34,174 nucleotides of DNA from Octopus bimaculoides (lineage: Eukaryota): positions 127,829,301 to 127,863,474 of the forward strand of contig NC_068984.1 in assembly GCF_001194135.2 (NCBI RefSeq), given 5' to 3'. The position numbers and the translations under genes were made by a program. Numbering within the stretch: position 1 is the first letter of the stretch; every line of letters begins with the position of its first letter. Under the pieces are notes generated by a model that was not told the DNA's origin, searched no databases, and was given only the letters and a program-made list of their open reading frames with translations. Below are positions 20,244 through 30,900 of the stretch, piece by piece.

Positions 20244-20787
20244 TACATACATGTATATATATATGTATTCATATATATATGGAAACTGATTATCTTTATG
20301 AAAAGAATTTCGATTTATTTTCTTTTACAATTTTGGCTCTGTGTGGTAAACATTCAATTTTAATTAATTAATTTAAGTTTTTGCAGTAATACAGGTCTAC
20401 CACAGCCTTCATACATTGTCTGTATGTCTGCAACAAGCTTTTAAGATTTCTCCCCAAATTAATAATTAATAAGTGCTATTGAGATAATCAACACAGAATT
20501 CAAAATTGAATTTTCAAAATAAAAAGAAAATATGTTGTCTACTTTATGATGTGTATCTATGCATGCGTGTGTGGTGTGTATATGTGTGAGTGTGTATGTG
20601 TGCACATGTATGTGTGTATATATGTGTGAGTGTATAAATATATATATATATATATATATGGAGAGAGAGAGTGAGAGAGAGATACATATATATGTGTGTG
20701 TTCATATATGAAATATATATACATATAGATATATATATGTACATATGTGTGTGTGTTTGCTTGTATGTAGGTGTGTATACATATATG

Positions 20788-20859
<72 letters not shown>

Positions 20860-21010
20860 TACATGTATATGAGAGCATATTATGTTTGTATATCTGAACA
20901 TAAATACATGTTTGTGTATGCGCACATGTGTGTACAATTGTCCGTATAGGTGTATGTATGCATATTTCTATATGCATACATGGGCATGTGTATGCATATT
21001 TGTATTGGCA
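20111..21010. repeat. Mixed AT/GT/GA/CT microsatellites and ATGT low complexity
   Basis: Direct. Confidence 0.85.
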
Positions 21011-21454
21011 TAGGTTTGCAGTGTATAAAATACATGTAAGTCATTTTTTTGATAATTAAATTCTCCATAGAAACAAAATAATGGTCTAATAAAAAAAAAA
21101 ATGTACCCTTTGTTCTTTTAGTAATTTCACCCAATGTTTTGTGGACATATTGGGGCCCCATAATACTGTCTGTGTAACTTAAATATCAACTGTTTTAGGA
21201 AAATATATTGAATATTTTAATATGTCTGACATAGTTTATTGTTGTTATTGTCATTGTTGTTACTGTTATTTTTACCCCCCAGGTCAACTCTGATAGAGAT
21301 CTACAATGAAAGATGTTTCAGTTGAAGTCATACTGTTTTAGTTATTTTAAAATTTTTTTGCATATATCATATATATATATGATATACATTTGAAACCAAG
21401 CCTGTCTGAGTTGAGAGTTGTAGTTTCTCATCCCTGATCTTTACATTAGTGCTG

Positions 21455-21456
<2 letters not shown>

Positions 21457-21491
<35 letters not shown>

Positions 21492-21590
21492 CATCATCAT
21501 TGTCGTGATCGTTTAACATCCACCTTCCATGCATATGTGGGTAGGATGGTTCACAGGAGCTGGCCAGGTAGAAAAAATGCCCTATGTTAC
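21457..21590 (-). mobile_element. Family E tail fragment with (CAT)n
   Basis: (CAT)n..CGTTTAACATCCACCTTCCATGC..GGATGGTTCACAGGAGCTGG. Confidence 0.6.
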
Positions 21591-21805
21591 TTTGTCTGTT
21601 ATATATACATTATTACAGCTAGGGCCTTCTTAGCGGCATTTTAGGCCCCTGGACAAATCTGTGATCTGGACCTTATAGCATTTATTTATTGACTGCAGCT
21701 CACAATACAAATAGATCAGAACTGGGCCCCTAAACCCCTGAAGCCTCTGGACCAGAGCCTATTGTGCCCATGTCTTATTACAGCAGTAATTACAGCCATT
21801 TGTGT

Positions 21806-22035
21806 GGCATAAGAGGCAATAGATGTGGTGTGCAAGAGAGATGAATGCGCTGGTACGGTCATGTGATGTGTATGGATGAGGACAGCTGTTTAAAGAAGTG
21901 CCAATCCCTAACTGTAGAGGGAACCTGTGGTAGAAGTAGACCCAGGAAGACATGGGATTAGGTGGTGCAGCATGATCTCTGAACTTTGGGCCTCACAGAC
22001 ACAATGACTAGTGAGTGAGGCCTTTGGCGATATGT
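21806..22035 (+). pseudogene. RTE-type LINE ORF C-terminus
   Basis: From 21821: RCGVQER*MRWYGHVMCMDEDSCLKKCQSLTVEGTCGRSRPRKTWD*VVQHDL*TLGLTDTMTSE*GLWRY. Carries the RTE-clade LRW.GHV.RM and GR.RPRKTW motifs, in frame with four stops. Confidence 0.9.
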
Positions 22036-22047
22036 ACAGCATATCGC

Positions 22048-22082
22048 CAAATGACTGAAACAAGTAAAAGAGAGAGTGAAGA

Positions 22083-22085
<3 letters not shown>
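22048..22085 (+). mobile_element. Family A/B SINE tail fragment
   Basis: AAATGACTGAAACAAGTAAAAGAGAGAG is the reverse complement of the tails at 12190 and 32310. Confidence 0.7.
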
Positions 22086-22118
<33 letters not shown>

Positions 22119-22204
22119 CACACAATAATATAGAAACTGGTGTTTTTTCTCTGTTGCTATGTATGCCAGATTATGAAGGATCATGCCATGTGGTGAGATA
22201 CTGC

Positions 22205-22285
22205 GAGACCTATCCAACCCATGCCAGCATGAAAAAGTGGACATGAAATAATGGTGATGATGATGATGATGATGATGATGACGAC
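22205..22285 (+). mobile_element. Family E terminal tail with (GAT)n
   Basis: TCCAACCCATGCCAGCATGAAAAAGTGGACATGAAATAATGGTGATGATG. Confidence 0.75.
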
Positions 22286-22749
22286 GATAATTATGATGGT
22301 TTATGTGTGTGTGTGTGTGTTGGCCAGTGTTCATGTATGAATGGTGTATATGTGCATCCAGCAATCATTAGATAAATGGGTACGTAGATATACAGATATA
22401 TAGATATGTAGATAGACATACATACAGATAGATTAATGGCTGTAGATACAGAATACATATACTTTTTAAAGTAAACGTGATTATCAAATTAAAAGTATCT
22501 ACAAGTTTTTGGGGGTTTTTTGCTTGACTTTTTCCATAATATTTTACTAGAAAGAAAAAATATGTAAAGATTTTTTGTCTTCTGATTTGCAGAATGGAAA
22601 CTGGAGAAAGAAATAGATGACACAGGGTAAAAAATATTTCAGAGAAGAAATAAGCTGTAAGAGTAAAAGAAACTGAAATATAAGAATCTATAATATTTTG
22701 ACTTTTTTTTTAATTTTTTAATTTTGTTTTATTTTATTTTTTGGTTTTT

Positions 22750-24560
22750 AGAAGCATGACAGAAGAGAAAAGAATGATAAATACAGAGAAATGGAGAAGA
22801 AGACTAATGGTTTAAGAACAGTGAAAAAGGAGAATAGTAAAGAAAGAAAGAAAAATGCTGAAGAACAAGATAAAGAATTGAATAAAAAATAAAAATGAAG
22901 TAAAAAAAATAGTAAAAGATTAGATATGTTAAGATGGTGTGACAAGAAACAAGAAATGAAATGAAGGGAATGATAGAGAATGGTCAGATGGGGGAAGAAT
23001 ATGGAGGAGGAATATATAGAAGAATACAGAAGGAGAAATGAAAGGAACTGAAGGTTGAATGAAAATGAATGTAGGAGAGGTGAAGAATAATATACAGAGC
23101 GATGAAAGAAAACTGATGGTGACATAGAGAAAAGAAATGAAAAAGAATGATAAAAAGATAGTGGAGAAAGAAAGGAACAATGAAGAGGTAAAGGAGAAGT
23201 GAAAAAGGAATGAAGGAGAAATACAGAAGAAAAGGAAGTTTTGTGAAAAAGTGAAGGAGAATGAAGAAGAAATTAAATAGAAATGAAATAGAATTAAATT
23301 GAAGGGATATAAATGAGGTAGGTGCAGGAAATGAAGGAGAGACAAAAGGGAAATGAAGGAGGAAAGTAAGATTAATGAAAAAGTGAAGGAGAATGAAGGA
23401 GAATTAAACAGAAATGGAAGAAAAATTAAATTGAAGAGATATGAATGAAAATGATGAAAGAAATGTAGAATAAATGAAACAAGGATATAAAATTTTAAAA
23501 AGTGTTATAAAGAAGTGAAGGAGAATGAAAACGATTTAAAGAAAAAAGAGTGGAAGATGAATTAAAGAAAGATGAATGAGGGCTATGTCATTGGAGAAAC
23601 TATGAAGAAAAGATAAAGAACAAATGAAGGAAAAAGAGAGGAATAATAAAGAAAAAATGATAGGGAGACAAAGTTGATATGGAAGAGAAATGAAAATGGT
23701 ATGAAGAATAGAGGAAAAGTGAATGAGAAATGTTAGAAGAATGAAAGAGAAATAAAGAAGAGATGAAAGATTAATGAAAAAGTGAAGGAAAAGGATGGAG
23801 AAATTAAAAAGATGTAAATGAGAAAGATGAAAGAAATAAAAGCAAGATGAGCACAAAAAGAAGATGAAAGGAAAATGAAATTGAAGCAAGATGAAGAAGA
23901 AATGAAAAAGAAAGAAGAAATCAAGATGAGATGAGACAGAAATTAAGGTGAGATGAAGAAGAAATGAAGGAAGAAAAAGGAAATGAAAGTAAGATGAAAA
24001 AGAAAACAAAAGAATCGAAATGAAAAGAAGAAAAGATGAAGAAGAAAGAAAGAATAAATTAAAGCAAAATGAAGAAGAAAAGAAAAGAAATGAAGTAAAG
24101 AAGAAATTAAGGTAAGGTGAAAAAGAAAAGAAGAAGAAAATCAACAAAGAAAAAATGAAGAAGAAGGAAGAAATTAAAGCAAGACAAAAGAAAAGAAAAA
24201 AATCAAGATGAGATGAAGAAAAAATGAAGAAGAAAGAAAGAAGATAAGGTAAGATGAAGAAGAAAAGAAGAAGTCAAGGTGAGATGTAGAAGAAATGAAG
24301 AAAGAAAGAAGAAATTAAGGTGTGATGAAGAAGAAAAGAAAGAAATTAAGGCAAGATGAAGGAGAATGGAAGAAGAATATTTAGGCAAGTTAAAAGAGGA
24401 AGGAAGAAAAAGTATTAAAAATAGACAACTAGAAGAACTGCTGCAATAAAAGAGATAGAAATAAAACAGAAAGAAGGAGAGGAAAAAAGAAAGAAATGAG
24501 AAGATCAAGCAGGAATAAAACAAAGACAATAAGAAATATACAACAAGTAAGATGAAATGA
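22750..24560 (+). repeat. About 1.8-kb purine-rich (GAA/AAATGAAG) degenerate minisatellite tract
   Basis: Direct: plus strand almost all A/G; recurring AAATTAAGGTRAGATGAAGAAGAAA units (23930-24365) and near-duplicated GAAAAAGTGAAGGAGAATGAAG blocks (about 23245, 23378, 23777). Confidence 0.9.
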
Positions 24561-24834
24561 AAACCCATTTCTTTCAAAGTCTGTGGAATCGCTCACTAGA
24601 TCAATAAATGGCAATCGGCAATGGGATGTCATCATATTCAAGAGTGGTGAAGAGAAAGAAGGAAAGGGGACAGTGATGTTTTGGGTTCAATCCCACCCCC
24701 ACCATCACACTACACCCAATCTCCTTTGTCTAATAAAATGGTAACGACGTTCAATAAATGAATCATGTAAAATTTCTACTAAATTAGATTGTTGTTCTAA
24801 ATAGAATGGCAGACGCACACATGAAAATTGATAT

Positions 24835-24868
24835 ACATGTTATACACATGCATGCACACACACACACA

Positions 24869-24914
<46 letters not shown>

Positions 24915-24953
24915 TCCATATATATATTTGTATATACATATAAATATATACAT

Positions 24954-24988
<35 letters not shown>

Positions 24989-25010
24989 CAAATATACAGA
25001 CACATTCACA
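24835..25010. repeat. (CA)n/(AT)n/(ATAC)n microsatellite
   Basis: Direct. Confidence 0.95.
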
Positions 25011-25116
25011 CACATACTTTTTATTAATATTTGGAAGAAGTAACTAAGTGAATCAAGGGCCAAGATTTTCTTGTGCTAGCCCTTGAGTCACTCTGTTACT
25101 TCTATCAAATATGAAT

Positions 25117-25118
<2 letters not shown>

Positions 25119-25149
<31 letters not shown>

Positions 25150-25485
25150 TTTAACGTCTGCTTTCCATGCTGGCATGGGTTGGACGATTTGACTGAGGAC
25201 TGGCGAACCAGATGGCTGCACCAGGCTCCACCAGGCTCCAATCTCATCTGGCAGAGTTTCTACAGCTGGATGCTCTTCCTAATGCCAACCACTCTGAGAG
25301 TGTAGTGGGTGCTTTTACGTGCCAGCAAGGCAACACTGGTAACGATCATGCTCAAATGGTGCTATTTACGTGCCAACAACACGGAAGCCAGACAGCTGCT
25401 CTGGCAATGATCACACTTGGACGGTGCTGTTAGCGCTCCACTGGCACAGGTGCCAGTCATCGAATTTGGTTCAATTACGATTTCG
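25119..25485 (-). mobile_element. Family E element with (CAT)n tail
   Basis: TTTAACGTCTGCTTTCCATGCTGGCATGGGTTGGACGATTTGACTGAGGACTGG..CAGCTGGATGCTCTTCCTAATGCCAACCACTC; near-identical to 33952-34174. Confidence 0.9.
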
Positions 25486-25534
<49 letters not shown>

Positions 25535-26480
25535 GGGAGGAGGGAGAGAAGGAAAGAGAGAAAAAGATAATTTTTGTGTTTCATTATATTTCATTATTTT
25601 TTTTTTAATTTTATTTCAATTTATTATTTCATAGCAACAAATCACTCTTCAACTTTTCACCATTAATCTTTTTAGGCAAAATTATAATTAACCAGATAAG
25701 CAGATAAATCCAATTAGAACAAATTTATAAATGATCAGATAAGTATATTCAGACAAATTTATTATCTTAAGAACTAAACATTCTTTAGCTTTCATTATAA
25801 ATCTCTTCAAAAACCATAAACAACTAGTCAAGTTTAACTAGAAAAATTTATTGCCTTAACAAATTAAATTTTCATCCTAAATTATTTACTTTCTTTTCCA
25901 CTCAAGAACAAAATTCCCTTCGATGGATGCCAACAGAGCAACAGAACCATCATTATAAAGGGAGAAATCTTGAAAATCAAAACACAAAAAAAAATAATAC
26001 GAAATTGGTAAATTGAAGACCATTTGTTTGTATTAATGTAGAAATTGGTCTAGGTGATCCACCTAGCAATCAAAGTACAGAGGAAATAGAGAGCCATTCG
26101 TCTCTAAAAGGAACAAATTCATTACTTCTTATGTCTGTTGGACAACTAAATGCAGTATGAATATGAGGCAAGTACAGATACTATCCAGCTTGAACTTCCA
26201 CAAAGCTGACAGGAAATTAGTTCAAGAAGGGGTCGTATGAGATAGAAAGACAGAATTAACTAAACAGAATGTGGGATGGAGAGTTGCTAAAGAGGTCACA
26301 GAAGGTGTGATGAAAGATTTCCAGACAAAGGACATAAAATAAGAATATATAGTGTGTGTGTTTATTTGGCAATAAAAAATGACCATCCCAAAATATAGCA
26401 ATATCTGTTTCATCACATGATTTCACATCAGGAATCTTACAAAACAAATACATAAATGTATACACACACACACACACACG

Positions 26481-26642
26481 CATACACATGTCAGGGTTCT
26501 TTCAGTTTCTGTCATCCAAATCCACTCACAAGGCTTTGATCAGCCTGAAGCTATAGTAAAAGATACTTGCCCAAGGTTCCACACAGTGGGACTGAACCCA
26601 GAACCATGTAGTTGGGAAGCAAACTTCTTACCACACAGCCAC
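26481..26642 (-). mobile_element. Family A SINE head, copy 1 of a local triplication
   Basis: Reverse complement of 26713-26874 with 6 mismatches in 162 bp (manual count). Confidence 0.9.
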
Positions 26643-26712
26643 ACACACACACAAACACACAAATACACACATGCACATGCAAACACACATACAAATGCAG
26701 ACACACATGTAT

Positions 26713-26874
26713 GTGGCTGTGTGGTAAGAAGTTTGCTTCCCAACTACATGGTTCTGGGTTCAGTCCCACTGTATGGAACCTTGGGCAAGTGTCTTTTACT
26801 ATAGCCTCGGGCTGATCAAAGCCTTGTGAGTGGATTTGGATGACAGAAACTGAAAGAAGCCTGACATGTGTGTG
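26713..26874 (+). mobile_element. Family A SINE head, copy 2 (inverted)
   Basis: A-box-like TGGCTGTGTGGTAAG, B-box-like GGGTTCAGTCCC, then CCTTGGGCAAGTGTCTT. Confidence 0.9.
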
Positions 26875-26879
26875 ACATG

Positions 26880-26970
26880 TATAGTAAAAGACACTTGCCC
26901 AAGGTTCCACACAGTGGGACTGAATCCAGAACCATGTAGTTGGGAAGCAAGCTTCTTACCATACAGCCAC
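26880..26970 (-). mobile_element. Family A SINE head, copy 3 (partial)
   Basis: 91 bp, 4 mismatches to copy 1 (manual count). Confidence 0.9.
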
Positions 26971-27439
26971 ACACACACACACACACACACACACATGCAG
27001 ACACCCATTTATGCTTCCATCTCCCAAGACAGTATTCAGCTCCATATAATACACTAAATATAACTCTCCACTGCAATAGTCTCTCACAGCTTCCTCTCCT
27101 AACTCTTTCCTCCTTAAGGTGAAACTGATATAAGAATTTAATATCTCACTATAACGAAACCTTCATTTTCTTGTCTTTTATCTCTCTATATATAACTTCC
27201 TAAACATATATCTATGCAAACTTCTAAATGGAGAAATTAATGGTCCTTATATCATCAAGACAATGGCTATTTGTACACCAGTTGAGCAATATGTTTCTCT
27301 CTTATCTTAATATACTACTATCTATTATTACATCTCCAATTATACATTTTTTTATCAGCAATAATAATTTCTTAGTCTCTAACATTAAAATATTTAAATA
27401 TATCTTTAAATACAATTTTAATCAGCTACAACGTTCATC

Positions 27440-27660
27440 CCTCATCATCAATGTTGCCATTGTCGTTGTCGTCATCATCATCATCACCACCACCACCACC
27501 AACACCACCATTCCATAACCATGACCACCATCATCATAATCATTATCATAATAATAATTATCATCATCATCCTCATGACATTTTTATCAAGATTAGTTAT
27601 TATGATTTTCATCATTACAATATTAATGCTACCAGCAACATTATTACTATGAGTTTTACT
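27440..27660. repeat. (CAT)/(CAC)/(AAT) low-complexity tract
   Basis: Direct. Confidence 0.85.
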
Positions 27661-28018
27661 AATATAACTACTATCTACAATTTTGTTCATGATCAATATC
27701 TTAATTCTGATTAAAATTAACTTTAAGATCAATAATTTTCCTGTTTTTACCAGCAATAGTATTATGACTGATATAAATATCAGACTATTTGTCCTGGCAA
27801 GGCCATTAAACTGCATCCAGTGGTGAGACTCCAGGTTTGGAGTTCAAGAGGTTTGAGGGTTATGGAATCATCACTACTTCCAGGTTCACACTGGCCCTGG
27901 AGGGTAGCATCTGACAAAGGCTCCATTTATGTGTCACAGAGCAGAAGATGGTTCTGTGACCGAACCATGCAAGACTTGGAAGACAACTGGCTCTTAGTCA
28001 TGTATCAGAGAGGGCTAC

Positions 28019-28228
28019 CTGTGTACAGGTATGCTCGATGTCACATGCATCCATTTCCCTGCTTGTAGAGTAAGCTCAGTTTTAAGAACTCGGTGTTCCA
28101 GTTGAAGAGTTTGTGAACCAGCAGAAAATAAACTTGTTGCCTTTTCCCCTTCATCAACATGAACTAGTCCACATTTAATGCAATGGACTTGTCCATATGC
28201 AATCAATGGACAGCTTTCTGAGGACTTA
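28019..28228 (-). other. Candidate 210-bp phase 2-2 exon or decayed coding fragment
   Basis: Acceptor TTTTTTATATGTTCAATTTAG|; open frame KSSESCPLIAYGQVHCIKCGLVHVDEGEKATSLFSAGSQTLQLEHRVLKTELTLQAGKWMHVTSSIPVH; weak donor CAG|GTAGCC. No recognisable family. Confidence 0.2.
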
Positions 28229-28332
28229 CTAAATTGAACATATAAAAAACGATTTTTTGTCTTCCCTTTGAGGGAGGTCTAACTCTTACTTAGTCTTATC
28301 TCTGTGTTTATTTTTATAGTGTTAGTATTTTT

Positions 28333-28660
28333 CATGGCTCAGTGGCATTGGGCTCAAAGTCATGAAGTAATGAGTTCAATCCCTGTACCGGGCTGTGTGT
28401 TGTGTTGTTGAGCAAGACACTTTATTTTCATGTTGTTCCAGTTCACTCAGCTGTAGAAATGTGTTGCAGCTTCACTGCTGCCATGCTGTATTGGCCTTTG
28501 CCTTTCCCTTGGATAACATTAGTGGCATGGAGAAGGTGGGGCTGACATGCACAAGCAACTGCTGGTCTTCCATGAATAACCTTTCCTGGACTTGTGCTCC
28601 AGAGGGAAACTTTTTTGGTGCAATCCCATGGTTAGTCATGGCCTAAGGGGGTCTCTACCA
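28333..28660 (+). mobile_element. Family D-related tRNA-derived SINE
   Basis: A box TGGCTCAGTGG, B box GAGTTCAATCCC, TTGAGCAAGACACTTTATTTTCATGTTG..CAGTTCACTCAGCTG; 3' part differs from the 14867 copy. Confidence 0.75.
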
Positions 28661-28684
28661 TTTATTTTTCCAGTGATCAAGTTT

Positions 28685-29726
28685 TGTTCTCACTACTGTC
28701 TGAGGGTCCATATAAAATTTTTGGGGTTCCATACAAGCAAAATAGTAAATTGTGAACCTACTGTAGTTTATTAAGGGGCCATGAAAAAATCTTGCTTAAG
28801 GTATATTTATTGCAAGAAACAACATGACCTCTTTCTTTAATGTTTTACATAGTTCGTCTTTTGAGGAGGATCAATGGTAACACCTCACAGCCACAAGAGA
28901 CATGTCACTGGGCCCCATCATCCTCAGTCTTGATCACAGACTACCAGTCTCCAACCTGAAAGCTCCTGTATGCTTCCAGCATACATTTGCCTGTATTCAT
29001 TCCCACCACTGACTGCTGAGACCACAGACTACCTCTTCACTGGAAATCGATGGACAATCATGGTTCAACCTATACAAGAGAATACTCTTTACTTTTTTCT
29101 CTCTTTTACTCTTTTCTCTCTTTTACTCTTTTCTCTCTTTTACTCTTTTCTCTCTTTTACTCTTTTCAGGACTTATTCTTTGTAAGCTTAGTACTTATTC
29201 TATCGGTCTCTTTTGCCGAACCGCTAAGTTACGGGGACGTAAACACACCAGCATCGGTTGTCAAGCGATGTTGGGGGGACAAACACAGACACACAAACAT
29301 NNNNNNNNNNNNNNNNNNNNNNNNNNNNNNNNNNNNNNNNNNNNNNNNNNNNNNNNNNNNNNNNNNNNNNNNNNNNNNNNNNNNNNNNNNNNNNNNNNNN
29401 NNNNNNNNNNNNNNNNNNNNNNNNNNNNNNNNNNATATATATATATATACATATATACGACGGGCTTCTTTCAGTTTCCGTCTACCAAATCCACTCACAT
29501 GGCTTTGGTCGGCCCGAGGCTATAGTAGAAGACACTTGCCCAAGGTGCCATGCAGTGGGACTGAACCCGGAATCATGTGGTTGGTAAGCAAGTGAAAAGC
29601 AAAATTAAAATTTTGAAAGAAGTTTCATTAAAACTAATTTTTAAACAATGAATGGCTATAGGTGTCCACCAGAATAAAATAGTAACCAAAGGGGTTCATA
29701 GGTAAAAAATAGTTGAGAAACACCAG
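28685..29726. mobile_element. Probable hAT-type MITE interrupted by about 740 bp of nested sequence (28855-29592)
   Basis: 3' end AAAGGGGTTCATAGG.AAAAAATAGTTGAGAAACACCAG resembles hAT/Charlie-type ends (GGTTGAGAACCACTG); both halves carry the internal motif CC..(A)AAATAGTAA; 5' TIR only partly visible (GTTCTCAC). Confidence 0.4.
29085..29592 (-). mobile_element. Family A/B SINE with expanded 17-bp tail repeat and internal gap (N 29301-29434)
   Basis: Match to 12173-12476 and the 26.5-27.0-kb heads; tail (CTCTTTTACTCTTTTCT) x4 at 29101-29167. Confidence 0.9.
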
Positions 29727-29819
29727 TATAGAGGAATTATTCTCTTGCACCAACTACAGCCATGATATCAAATGGAATTATTTGTTTCTTTAGTTATTCA
29801 TTCAATTCTCTCTATCTAG

Positions 29820-29972
29820 TATCTGCAAGGTTACAAAACTCAGGAGAATAAGAGACTAACAGAAAAAGCTATAAGTAAACTAGCAGAAAGAAATAGGGAA
29901 AATCACTGTTGTGTCTTGTTTAACGAAATTCATGAATCCTCAGGCTTTGACATGGAGATCCATTATTGCTGA
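29820..29972 (+). other. Weak candidate terminal exon (YLQGYKTQENKRLTEKAISKLAERNRENHCCVLFNEIHESSGFDMEIHYC*)
   Basis: Acceptor TTCATTCAATTCTCTCTATCTAG|, 50 open codons, AATAAA at 29982. No recognisable homology. Confidence 0.15.
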
Positions 29973-30034
29973 TACCTGTAAAATAAACATGGTACATAAA
30001 CAGAAAGAGAATTTTTATTATAGGTATTTTATAA

Positions 30035-30280
30035 TAGTTATTGAAAAAGTTGCAAATAGCAACAAAGGGACTTTGAGACTAACAAAGAGCCAATTGATTG
30101 TTTAACCAGCAAATTAAACAAATGATTAATTGGTCAGTTGATTAGATATTTAATTAATTGACAAACAATAAAGAAGTGATGTTGAACCAGTGTGTGTGTG
30201 TTATTATGATTGGCATAATGACCCTTCCAAAGCATAACAGAATTTTTATAATTGTTATTGTAATGTTTATAATAGTAAAT
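30035..30280 (+). repeat. Unclassified AT-rich interspersed repeat, copy 2
   Basis: Diverged match to 8575-8825. Confidence 0.7.
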
Positions 30281-30479
30281 TGGCTGAATCTTTAGAGATC
30301 ATTGGAACAAATTGCCTTGCAGTATCTGATCAGAATTTTCATGTTTTGAATTAAAATTCCACCATGATCTACTTTGTTTTTCAGCCTTCCAGGCCTGATA
30401 AAGTGCCAATCATGTACTTACGTTGATATAATAGACTATTTTCCTCCTCATCTGAATTTCAGGTTTTGTGTTTAAATCA

Positions 30480-30727
30480 GGTGTAGTCGTCATCGTCATC
30501 ATCATCATCAGCATCATCATCATCAGCATCATCATCATCAGCATCATCATCATCATCATCATCATCATCACTGCTGCCACTACTGAAACCACCATATCAC
30601 CATTGTTGTCATCATCTTTGTCATCAATATCCTCATCCTCATCCCTGTTGCCACTACTAAAACCACCACCACCACAACCACCACCATCAACCACCGTAGC
30701 ATAGTTGCAACAGCAACAGCAGCAGCA

Positions 30728-30763
<36 letters not shown>

Positions 30764-30805
30764 ACAGCAGCAGCAGTGGCGGTAGCAGTGGCAGCAGCAG
30801 TGGTG
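30480..30805. repeat. Compound (ATC)n, (CAC)n and (CAG/CAA)n trinucleotide array
   Basis: Direct; the poly-Q frame is closed by stops and has no splice context. Confidence 0.95.
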
Positions 30806-30900
30806 GATATAGTAGAAAAAATCTTGCCCAAGATGCTGTGCATTGGAACTGAACCTAAAACAACATGGTTACAAAGCAAGCTTCTTAACTATACAGCCAT
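30806..30900 (-). mobile_element. Diverged family A SINE head
   Basis: ATAGTAGAAAAAATCTTGCCCAAGATGC..GGAACTGAACC..CATGGTT..AAGCAAGCTTCTTAAC.ATACAGCCA. Confidence 0.75.

Noticed and set aside
25900-26345. Protein-like broken frames (..VV*DRKTELTKQNVGWRVAKEVTEG..)
   Set aside because: Multiple stops, no motif I can assign; possibly an old TE.
1245-29434. Long X-containing ORFs across gaps (N at 1245-1418, 9473-9778, 13039-13498, 16002-16011, 19795-20111, 29301-29434)
   Set aside because: Assembly gaps, mostly flanked by AT or AG microsatellites; contents unknown and cross-gap distances unreliable.
30705-30800. Polyglutamine coding tract
   Set aside because: Embedded in a compound trinucleotide array next to a SINE, closed by stops, with no splice signals.
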